Part shown: piece by piece, positions 27,264 through 34,920 of the stretch | How the letters are laid out: each line of letters opens with the position of its first letter | How positions within the stretch are numbered: the first letter of the stretch is position 1 | Assembly: GCA_001004665.1 (NCBI GenBank) | Contig: LCRO01000005.1 | Span: 1 to 37,079, forward strand | Length of the DNA: 37,079 nt | Source of the DNA: Candidatus Adlerbacteria bacterium GW2011_GWA1_54_10 | GTDB taxonomy: Bacteria > Patescibacteriota > Minisyncoccia > Phycocordibacterales > SBAW01 | Direction: 5' to 3' | Position numbers and translations under genes: made by a program | The notes under the pieces: model-generated | The model's database searches: none | The model's input: the letters and a program-made list of their open reading frames with translations, nothing else | What the model was told of the DNA's origin: nothing

Positions 27264-27784
27264 TTATTCCGCTATCTCAAAAATCTTTTTCACAAATGCC
27301 GTGCGTGCGTAAAATGCACGGCTAATTGAGCCGTGCCCGGGACCTTTTGTGCGAGCTTGTATCCATTTCCCGTCTTTTCCTGTTAAAGCTTCGAACCCTT
27401 GCTTAACAAGTTTGTTGCGAATGAAATCATAATCAACTTTGATTTCTTTTATCAATTCATCGTCCTCTGCAAAATCCAAACTTGTAACTTTGAGTAATTT
27501 TGCTTCCTCGGAATTTGTCCCGTTCCACTCAACCGCGCAAAAGATAATGGTTTTGAGCTTTGCCCAACAATGGCTTTCAAAAAATGAATTGGTTAGCGTA
27601 GCCATAGCTGAAATTCAGGATAAGTTTCCTTGTCGTAAAATTGTAGATGTTTGTCGTCTTTCCAAACAAGCTCAGTCAAATTTTCGTAATCATCGCTGTA
27701 TCCTCGGCACACAACCAAAAGACGATTGAAAGGATTTAATCGCAGAATAAGTTTTGCAAAAAATGGTAAGAGTTGTATTTTCAT
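27264..27784 (-). pseudogene. MutH/Sau3AI-family-like GATC endonuclease homologue, split into two overlapping ORFs (63 aa and 113 aa) by a frameshift near 27593-27605
   Basis: The 113-aa ORF aligns by eye with the E. coli MutH C-terminal half: FFESHCWAKLK vs WETSHVRHKLK, IFCAVEW vs LWIPVEG, DYDFIRNKLVKQGFEALTGKDGKWIQARTKG vs [31 protein letters not shown], and SRAFYARTAFVKKIF vs PRGFYLKKNFTSALL. The upstream 63-aa ORF has DDYENLTELVWK in the position of the MutH D-x6-E-x-K region. The two frames overlap by 13 nt. Confidence 0.4.
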
Positions 27785-27786
27785 AA

Positions 27787-28557
27787 TTATTTGAGTCGAT
27801 AATTCCCTCGGCTGGTAAATTCGAGATAACCTTTGTCCCGCAATACTTGGAGTTGCTGTCGAATCTTATCTTTGATGTGGCGGTTATCAGGATGTTTTTT
27901 GCTCAAATCATTTCCAAATGTATACATCTCATCAAGCGAAAATTCTTTGTGACCTATTTTCTCAACGCACAACATGGTATCTAATAGCCAACCTTTTGCA
28001 CTGATTTCTTTTTCATCACGCAGGAAAAGAGTTTTTTCCCAGTCCGCGAGAACTTTTTCCTTTGCTTCAGTCTGTCCGTCTCTAACAAAGAATATCTTCC
28101 CCGTTTGTGGAATATGATTGAGTAGTATATTGCAACCAATCCAGCCCGCCCGTCTGGCAGTTGGCGAGAGCGGTTTTCGTTTTTCAATTATTTCTGGAAC
28201 AAAAAAATGTTTTGGAATGACAAGAAAATTCAGGACTTCAAAACTTTTCAAGTCGTAATTCAGCAGGAAAAAATTGGGATTGTTGCTACTTTGTAATCGT
28301 TCAATCATTGTGCGATATGCACCGTCCACAATTTTTACGCCAACGCTATTCTGCTTACTTTTTAATTCATACTCCTCTTTACAGTTCGAGCAATAAAAAT
28401 CTGCGACTGGCTGATTATTTGGATACTTATCAATATCCAAGTGTCCGCAGTTCGGACAAAAAATTGCACCATCAACCCACGCCTCACTTAAAATGCGAAT
28501 CTTCTGTGATTGGCTTGTGTAATTATCCGCAAGTTGTGTATCAAATGATAACTTCAT
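27787..28557 (-). CDS. DpnI-family methyl-directed (G-m6A-TC) type IIM restriction endonuclease
   Basis: It is colinear over its full length (256 aa) with S. pneumoniae DpnI as I recall it: SQSQKIRILSEAWV, CPNCG, PVADFYCSNCKEEYELKSK, DGAYRTMIERLQSSNNPNFF, RKPLSPTARRAGWIGCNI, and the C-terminal winged helix HIKDKIRQQLQVLRDKGYLEF. Confidence 0.9.
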   Translation of the reverse strand: MKLSFDTQLADNYTSQSQKIRILSEAWVDGAIFCPNCGHLDIDKYPNNQPVADFYCSNCKEEYELKSKQNSVGVKIVDGAYRTMIERLQSSNNPNFFLLNYDLKSFEVLNFLVIPKHFFVPEIIEKRKPLSPTARRAGWIGCNILLNHIPQTGKIFFVRDGQTEAKEKVLADWEKTLFLRDEKEISAKGWLLDTMLCVEKIGHKEFSLDEMYTFGNDLSKKHPDNRHIKDKIRQQLQVLRDKGYLEFTSRGNYRLK

Positions 28558-28759
28558 AATTTAATCCGTTGCTTTTGTCCCACTCGCCTTTATTAACACT
28601 AACGCGTCGTCCGGCATGAACCGTAAAGCCGCCATTCGAAAGAAGATAAGGCGGATCAGCAAAAACCATATCAACCGAATTTTCTGGAAGTTTAGCTAAC
28701 AACTCCAAGCAATCTGCTTGGTAGAGTTTGAATTTTGGTTTTTCGTAATATGGTTGCAT
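28541..28759 (-). pseudogene. 5' stub (about 63 codons) of a DpnA/M2.DpnII-like N6-adenine DNA methyltransferase
   Basis: KPKFKLYQADCLELLAKLPENSVDMVFADPPYLLSNGGFTVHAGRRVSVNKGEWDKS matches the DpnA N-terminus including DPPY motif IV. Similarity ends where the DpnI start codon overlaps it. The SAM-binding motif I region is absent. Confidence 0.75.
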
Positions 28760-28778
28760 AACCGCCTTATTTTACCTT

Positions 28779-28802
28779 GGTTCAAAGTTGGAAATCTGGC
28801 GG
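28779..28802 (+). repeat. Direct repeat copy B (GGTTCAAAGTTGGAAATCTGGCGG), overlapping the last 6 nt of tRNA-Ser
   Basis: Identical 24-mer to 26646-26669. Positions 28797-28802 are the CCGCCA 3' end of the tRNA on the minus strand. Confidence 0.95.
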
Positions 28803-28887
28803 AGGAGGTGGGACTTGAACCCACAAGGGAGTTTTTGGCCCCCTACGGATTAGCAATCCGCTGGCTTACCATTCGCCGCACTCCTCC
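28797..28887 (-). tRNA. tRNA-Ser (anticodon GCT), long variable arm, CCA encoded
   Basis: The reverse complement runs GGAGGAG-TG-...-GCGGA-TTGCTAA-TCCGT, then a long variable arm (GGGGGCCAAAAACTCCCT), then GTGGG-TTCAAGT-CCCAC-CTCCTCC-G-CCA. Confidence 0.9.
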
Positions 28888-28993
28888 AGTCAGCAGTAGA
28901 CTATCATTTTTGGATTCTATAATAAAGACCATCGCATTAAAAATCAGTAAAGGTAGACCTTACTGATAAACAGGCGGCAAGGAATATATTTTC

Positions 28994-30031
28994 TCATAGT
29001 TTCGGGATCTGTATTTTCATCTCTGTCTTTTCCTCGTCAAGGATTGGCAAGATGAACTCGCCGTCGAATTTTTTGTGCGCCTCGAGCAGCGCCGACAGCT
29101 TAATTCCTATTTTGAAAGCCCCGGTGTAGTGCAGTGCCGCCTCGGCGTATGCGCTGGCGTCAAACTGGACTTCGCCGCTCGATATTTCCTTGTCCGCAAG
29201 AGCAAACTGCTCATCAACGCGCGCCGATGTCGCATCGTCGAGCGCTTTTGCATCCTTGAATTTTTCGCGTGCATCCTTGAGCGCTCGGGTGGCTTTATTC
29301 CTCAGTGTCATCGCGGCTTTCTCCGACATTTCGTCCCTCTCTGCATCTTGAGCGGCGTGATTCTCGTCCCTTGCGGCGGTCGTCGAAACAGCCACGATAC
29401 CGGACTCTCCATTAAACTCAACACTCCTACCCGATATCGAGCGCACCTTTTGAGCAAGCGCTATTGACCGATCGCGTGTCTCATCGTCTTTGCCGCCGCC
29501 GATGCGCGCGAGTATTCTGCCGCGCGCATCGGCGGACGCCTCCAATTTTATTTTAACCCCCACGGCGATGCCGGGCTTCTGCGCTTCCGCAACTTCCGCA
29601 AACTCCTGCGCGCTCGCGGCACTGGCGGCGAAGCGCGCCTCGAGCTCCGCTTCCTTTTGCGCGTCGAGAGCACCGCGCGAGGCGAGCTGCTGCGCCTCAT
29701 CGAGCCGCCGCTCCGCGAATTTGGCATAAACTTCGGCTCTAGCGGCCGGCCCGCGCGCGAGCGCGCTCTCGATTTTTTCGTTAACCGAGACTTTGATCGG
29801 GTAAAGCAGGTCGCCCGGCGCGCTGTCTTGCGCAGCGCTCGCGGTGCCTGTGCCGATAAGCAACACAAGTACAAGGGACGACATGACGACAGAACGGATA
29901 GAGAAAGAGAAAGACACATAGGGACTCGGTGAGGACAAATTGAAAATTCGCGAGAGCAGAATGCTCTTCTCCGCATCACTCATGCGGATCTTATTTGCTT
30001 CTCTTTTTATGTTGTTGAGTCCGTTATTCAT
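28994..30031 (-). CDS. Membrane-anchored anti-sigma-like protein (DUF5667-type Ala/Glu-rich extracytoplasmic domain)
   Basis: Short cytoplasmic N-terminus, one TM helix (VVMSSLVLVLLIGTGTASA) and a long helical A/E/K/R-rich domain. It overlaps the upstream ECF sigma gene by 8 nt. Confidence 0.6.
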   Translation of the reverse strand: MNNGLNNIKREANKIRMSDAEKSILLSRIFNLSSPSPYVSFSFSIRSVVMSSLVLVLLIGTGTASAAQDSAPGDLLYPIKVSVNEKIESALARGPAARAEVYAKFAERRLDEAQQLASRGALDAQKEAELEARFAASAASAQEFAEVAEAQKPGIAVGVKIKLEASADARGRILARIGGGKDDETRDRSIALAQKVRSISGRSVEFNGESGIVAVSTTAARDENHAAQDAERDEMSEKAAMTLRNKATRALKDAREKFKDAKALDDATSARVDEQFALADKEISSGEVQFDASAYAEAALHYTGAFKIGIKLSALLEAHKKFDGEFILPILDEEKTEMKIQIPKL

Positions 30032-30563
30032 GATCTGGTTCCAAAATCGCGCGCAGTTTTTTTAGACCTCGATGTATGCGCACCGACACCGCATTTTCGC
30101 TCTCGCCGACTATGTCCGCAATCTCCCCAGGCGACAGCTGGTCGATATACCGCAGAACTATCGCCTCGCGATAAGGCTCGGGTAGCTTCTGCAGAGCCTC
30201 GAGTGCCGTTGCGCCCTCGTGTCGCTCCACGGCGCGCTCGAGAGTGTTGCTCTCGTCAGGCGGGAGCAGGTCGTCCACCACTGCCTGTGCGTCCTCCGCC
30301 ATTTTTTCCAGCGAGACAATCCCGCGCTTTCGGTACTCGTCGATAATGAGATTCCGGAGCGTCTTGTACAAAAACGGCCTCGGATCGCGTATCTCGCCCC
30401 CCTTTTTTGCGTACTGCATGGAGCGCAGAAAGCACTCTTGCGTCAGCTCTAGAGCCCGCTCGCGGTCGCGCATGCGCAAAGCGCAATGGCGGAACAGTTC
30501 GTTGCCGTACGCCTCGAACGCCTCGCCAAACATCTTATTCAATGTTTTGTCTGCAACTCCCAT
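30024..30563 (-). CDS. ECF-type RNA polymerase sigma-70 family factor
   Basis: Region 2 (ELFRHCALRMRDRERALELTQECFLRS, FLYKTLRNLIIDEYRKR) and region 4 (LPEPYREAIVLRYIDQLSPGEIADIVGESENAVSVRIHRGLKKLR) are both present. The ORF-track start at 30656 overlaps the malic enzyme gene, so the ATG at 30563 is preferred. Confidence 0.85.
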   Translation of the reverse strand: MGVADKTLNKMFGEAFEAYGNELFRHCALRMRDRERALELTQECFLRSMQYAKKGGEIRDPRPFLYKTLRNLIIDEYRKRGIVSLEKMAEDAQAVVDDLLPPDESNTLERAVERHEGATALEALQKLPEPYREAIVLRYIDQLSPGEIADIVGESENAVSVRIHRGLKKLRAILEPDHE

Positions 30564-30621
30564 AGTCAAGACGGATGAATCGGTGATCTCTTTCAGATCA
30601 TAGAGTGGTTTATCATGAGTC

Positions 30622-31758
30622 CTATCGAATGGCTCTGGAGACCGCCTCTGCAACACCTTTTTCGAACGGACCCGGCACTATTTTCCGCGACGTAGGATTT
30701 TTTACCAGTGCGGCGAGATTTCTCGCCGCGCGCAGCTTCATCTCGTCGGTTATTTTGGCGATCCGGTTTTTAAGCGCACCGCGAAAGACTCCGGGGAATA
30801 CGAGCGAGTTGTTTATCTGGTTCGGATAGTCCGACCGGCCGGTGCCTATGACCGCCGCACCTCCCTCCACTGCCTCCTCCGGCATTATTTCCGGCACCGG
30901 GTTCGCCATGGCGAAGACGATGGCGCGCGGCGCCATTGTTCGCACGTCGTTTGTGCGCAGCAGGCCGGGGCCAGAGACACCGACAAACGCGTCGGCGCCG
31001 CACAGCGCCGCGCGCAGTCCTCCTGAAATTTTTCTCGGATTCGTATTTCGTGCAAGTTTTTTCTTGTGCTTCTCCTTTCTGTCCCCTGAAATTATTCCGC
31101 TGCTATCGAGAACAATTATGTCTTTTACTCCGGACTTAAGCAGGAGTTTTGCAACCGCTGTGCCCGCCGCGCCGGCTCCGGAAATGACGATCTTTAATTT
31201 TTTAAGGTCCTTTCGTACGGACTTGGCCGCGTTAATGAGCGCAGCGAGCACCGCTATTGCCGTACCGTGCTGGTCGTCATGCATTACCGGAATGTCGAGT
31301 CGACTCTTTAATTCTTCTTCTATATAAAAGCACTTGGGCGCGGCAATGTCCTCCAAATTGATGCCGCCGAATGCGGGCGCGATGCGGACTATCGTTTCTA
31401 TAATTTCTTCGGGTTCTTGCGTATCTAAAACAATAGGAAAAGCGTCTACTCCCGCAAAAATTTTAAACAACGCGCACTTTCCTTCCATTACCGGCAAGGC
31501 CCCGTAGGGTCCGATATTGCCTAGCCCCAAGACGGCGGAACCATCGGATATGACGGCAATCATTTTGCCTTTTATCGTATAGTCGCGGGCCTGTTTTTTG
31601 TTTTCCGCCAAGAGAGAGGACACCGCCGCTACCCCCGGCGTATATACAAGAGAGAGAGCCGTTCGGTCTTTTACCTCAATGGCCGGCATGATCCGAATTT
31701 TTCCACCGAGCTTTTTGTGCAAAAGCAGGGCTTTTTCCGCTATCGCTTTCTTTGCCAT
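30622..31758 (-). CDS. NAD(P)-dependent malic enzyme (short, about 380-aa form)
   Basis: LSLVYTPGVA, VISDGSAVLGLGNIG, PVMEGKCALFK, GGINLEDI, HDDQHGTAIAVLAAL and a Rossmann GAGAAG motif. The ATG at 31758 (MAKKAIAEKALLLHKK) is preferred over 31821. Confidence 0.9.
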   Translation of the reverse strand: MAKKAIAEKALLLHKKLGGKIRIMPAIEVKDRTALSLVYTPGVAAVSSLLAENKKQARDYTIKGKMIAVISDGSAVLGLGNIGPYGALPVMEGKCALFKIFAGVDAFPIVLDTQEPEEIIETIVRIAPAFGGINLEDIAAPKCFYIEEELKSRLDIPVMHDDQHGTAIAVLAALINAAKSVRKDLKKLKIVISGAGAAGTAVAKLLLKSGVKDIIVLDSSGIISGDRKEKHKKKLARNTNPRKISGGLRAALCGADAFVGVSGPGLLRTNDVRTMAPRAIVFAMANPVPEIMPEEAVEGGAAVIGTGRSDYPNQINNSLVFPGVFRGALKNRIAKITDEMKLRAARNLAALVKNPTSRKIVPGPFEKGVAEAVSRAIR

Positions 31759-31774
31759 TCGGGCAGTGTACCAT

Positions 31775-33985
31775 ATGGCAATGCGGCTTAATGATGAGTT
31801 GAACGACACTTTCCGGCTCACGGAAGCGCAAAAAAACGCGCTTAAAAAATTGGGGGTGCGGACGGCAAAGGACCTGCTGTATCACTTTCCTTTCCGATAT
31901 GAGCAGGGAGGGAGCGAGAGTACCGTCGCCGGATTGGCCGCAGGGCAGGAGGCAAGCATCATCGGTACGCTCGAAAAATTGGAAACCAAAAAAAGCTGGA
32001 GGCGCAAAATCCCCGTGAGCGAAGGCTACATACGCGACGCTACCGGACGCATAAAGTGCCGGTGGTTCAATCAGCCCTACATAGCGAAAATGTATTCGGA
32101 AGGAGTTGTGGTCAAGGCGACTGGCAAAGTGAGCGGCAGCGGCGAAAAATTGTATTTGGCGAATCCGCAATTGCAGAAAATCTCTCCGACTGAAACCGGG
32201 CTGTTTGCTTCGCAGGAACATTCTTCAAAAAAGTCCTCGGGTCGGCCTTCGTCCTCAACCAGAATATTTTCTCAGAATGTTCCCGCTGCACCCGGCTTAT
32301 TTGCGATATATCCCGAAAGCCGCGGGATCTCGTCATTGTGGTTCCGGAGCGCGATAAAAAAACTGCTATGGTCTATCAAGGACGATACTTTACATAAAGA
32401 CCCCGTACCGGCGGATATGCTCAAAAAATATAATCTGCCGACCCTTAAGACGGCGCTTGTTTGGATACACCAGCCGAATGAAATAAAGCAGGCCGAGGCC
32501 GCGCGGAAGAGATTTGCGTTCGAGGAGGTTTTTTTGATACAGCTGGAGCGCGGAATACAAAGACAGACCGCGGAGAAGGAAAAAAGTTTTATTGTGGAGG
32601 CGGAAGTTGGCGATTTTGTTAGAGATTTTCCGTTTAGCGCAACCAGCGCCCAGACGCGGGCGATAGGAGCAGTATTGCAGGACATGCACTCGGGCCATCC
32701 GATGGGCCGGTTGCTCGAAGGCGATGTCGGGAGCGGCAAGACGGCGGTTGCCGCAACCGCCGTTTACGCCGTCGTATGCACAAGGCCCGAGGGACAAAAT
32801 TTTGGGACTCTTCAGGCCGCTTACATGGCGCCTACGGAAATTCTGGCGAAACAGCATTTCGACTCATTTATAAAATTTTTTGAGCGTCATCCGATAAACA
32901 TAGGCCTTATCACGGGCTCTGGATGTTATAAGTTCCCTTCAAAAGTTTCCAGGGACAAAATTACGAATATCTCGCGTGCGCAGCTCCTCAAGTGGGTGGC
33001 GGGTGGCGAGATACCCATACTGCTCGGCACGCACGCGCTTATACAAAAATCCGTGCAGTTCAAGCATTTGGCGCTCGTAATAATCGACGAACAGCACCGC
33101 TTTGGCACGAACCAGCGCAGAAAATTAGCGCGCAAGGAAAAAAGGCTACCGCACCTGTTGTCCATGACCGCAACGCCGATCCCGCGTACGCTCGCGCTAA
33201 CGATATACGGCGATCTCGATTTGACACTGCTCGACGAGATGCCTCCCGGCCGTAAGCCGGTTATCACGGAAATCGTGGCCCCAAAAAAAAGAGAGGGAGC
33301 GTATAAAAAGATGCGCGAGGATCTCGCGGAGGGTAGACAGGCATACGTGATTTGTCCGCGCATCGAGGAACCCGATACCGAAAAGGCGTTCGCGCTTCAG
33401 GCAAAATCGGTAAAAGAAGAAGCAAAAAGATTAAAGAAAGAAATTTTTTCGGAGTATGAGATAGGCATCCTGCACTCGAAACTTAAGACAAAAGAGAAGG
33501 ACGAAATCATGCAGAAGTTCGCGAACAAGGAAATAGACATCCTCGTTGCTACGAGCGTCGTCGAGGTTGGGGTCAACGTGCCCAATGCCACCATGATATT
33601 TATCGAAGGCGCGGAGCGGTTCGGCCTCGCCCAGCTCCATCAGCTACGCGGGCGCGTGGTGCGCTCCGAGCATCAGGCGTATTGCTTCGTATGTCCGGAG
33701 AGCAGGGGCGAGCAGACGCTCGCGCGCCTCAAGGCGCTCACGGCCGCAAAAAACGGCTTCGAGCTTGCCGAGCAGGATTTGCTCCAGCGCGGCGCGGGCA
33801 CTCTCGCGGGCGGTAAGCAATGGGGCATCTCGGACGTGGGAATGGAAGCATTAAAAAACTTGAAGCTAGTCGAAGCCGCGCGCGCGGAGGCGCTGGAAAT
33901 GATCAAAAAAGATCCCGCTCTATCTCGCCACCTACTCCTCGCCGAGGTGTTGCAAAATAGAGATCAGCAACTGCACTTTGAATAA
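31775..33985 (+). CDS. recG: ATP-dependent DNA helicase RecG
   Basis: N-terminal wedge region (LKKLGVRTAKDLLYHFPFRYE) and helicase motifs GDVGSGKTAVA, DEQHRFG, MTATPIPRTL and QLHQLRGRVVR. The start at 31775 or 31781 is preferred over the ORF-track start at 31598. Confidence 0.93.
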   Translation: MAMRLNDELNDTFRLTEAQKNALKKLGVRTAKDLLYHFPFRYEQGGSESTVAGLAAGQEASIIGTLEKLETKKSWRRKIPVSEGYIRDATGRIKCRWFNQPYIAKMYSEGVVVKATGKVSGSGEKLYLANPQLQKISPTETGLFASQEHSSKKSSGRPSSSTRIFSQNVPAAPGLFAIYPESRGISSLWFRSAIKKLLWSIKDDTLHKDPVPADMLKKYNLPTLKTALVWIHQPNEIKQAEAARKRFAFEEVFLIQLERGIQRQTAEKEKSFIVEAEVGDFVRDFPFSATSAQTRAIGAVLQDMHSGHPMGRLLEGDVGSGKTAVAATAVYAVVCTRPEGQNFGTLQAAYMAPTEILAKQHFDSFIKFFERHPINIGLITGSGCYKFPSKVSRDKITNISRAQLLKWVAGGEIPILLGTHALIQKSVQFKHLALVIIDEQHRFGTNQRRKLARKEKRLPHLLSMTATPIPRTLALTIYGDLDLTLLDEMPPGRKPVITEIVAPKKREGAYKKMREDLAEGRQAYVICPRIEEPDTEKAFALQAKSVKEEAKRLKKEIFSEYEIGILHSKLKTKEKDEIMQKFANKEIDILVATSVVEVGVNVPNATMIFIEGAERFGLAQLHQLRGRVVRSEHQAYCFVCPESRGEQTLARLKALTAAKNGFELAEQDLLQRGAGTLAGGKQWGISDVGMEALKNLKLVEAARAEALEMIKKDPALSRHLLLAEVLQNRDQQLHFE

Positions 33986-33989
33986 TTAT

Positions 33990-34920
33990 AATTCACGCTA
34001 TAGCTGAAATTATACGCGGTTCCTTTCTGGTGAGTATCTACAACGCTGCTCGAACCTATTTTAGCACCAACTCCTGATCTCGCGCGCTCCGCGCGCGCTG
34101 TGGCTTTGACCTTCGCATCACGATTCGATTCTGTGGTACTTCTCTCGGGCGCGCGTGCTCGCGCGCCCTCGCAGCCCCCGCCCCGCCGCACACTCCCTCC
34201 ATCGTTTTTAATCTCGCGGGGGAATCCATTTGAGCGGATGGGCGGCGGGGCGGCGGCCAAACGGCTCACTTCTTCCCATTTGAGCCGTTGGCTCGGAAGG
34301 AGTGAGCCGTTGAAATCCAAGAATCCAAAATGCAAATCCACTGCGGATGCCACGGGTTGCGAACAGTGCCTTCGTATAGATGTTGAATTACTACCCGCCA
34401 TCCGGCGGGCAGGGTATCTCGCTAGGGCTCGTCCGGCAGTATCGGTGCGCCTACGGCGCGCTCATTGGGTGGGGTGGGCGCACCCACCCCCCGCTACATC
34501 ACGCTAGTGCTCCAAAAACCCTCGTTTATACTTGAGTTGCTCGCGGTGCGTCCGTTCGCTTCGTCTTTTATCGGTTTCAGGTTTGCTATCTTGCAGCAGG
34601 TCTCATTTATCCGCCGCTCCGTTCGTGTTCGTGCCTCGGCTTTTGGAGCCTCCTAGCGCACTGCAGCTCCCCCCACCCGCGGTCAGTATTTCACTTCCGA
34701 TTTCTCGTACATAGTTGGTTATCCGCTTGCGCGGGCCGGCCTCGGTCCAGCATTCCCTAGCGAGATACCTGCCCGCCAGATGGCATCCATTCACGCATGC
34801 GCCTGTCTGGGTCAGGCGCATGGGTCAGCCGCGCTTCTCGCGGCTGCGCGTCGTTTGTATATCGCATTTCACATCCGATTTTCTGCCTCCTTGCATACAA
34901 CAACCAAATTCAAAAATATC
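33990..34920. ncRNA. Candidate large structured noncoding RNA (or decayed palindromic element); family unknown, strand undetermined
   Basis: This 931 nt has no ORF of protein-like composition. It contains at least 8 perfect local hairpins and three nested long-range complementarities (12, 15 and 23 bp), detailed in the findings. I recognise no Rfam-type motif. Confidence 0.35.

Noticed and set aside
34226-34320. Group II intron domain V hypothesis for the GAGCCGT-containing hairpins
   Set aside because: There is no 34-nt domain V shape with an AGC triad, a 2-nt bulge and a GNRA loop. The expected GUGYG 5' end and domain VI arrangement are missing, and there is no reverse transcriptase ORF.
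33964-34714. ORFs of 60-145 aa within the structured region (33964-34401 minus; 34100-34507, 34465-34656 and 34532-34714 plus)
   Set aside because: They are Arg/Ser/Pro/Ala/Gly-rich with no hydrophobic periodicity or recognisable motifs. They overlap one another in several frames. This fits GC-rich noncoding DNA.
34670-34725. rRNA-like strings (CCGCGGTCAGTAT resembling the 16S CCGCGGTAATAC; minus-strand GGAAGTGAAATAC and CCTGAAACCG resembling 23S/5S words)
   Set aside because: The matches are only 8-12 nt long, and the flanking sequence does not continue any rRNA alignment I can recall. I judge them coincidental.
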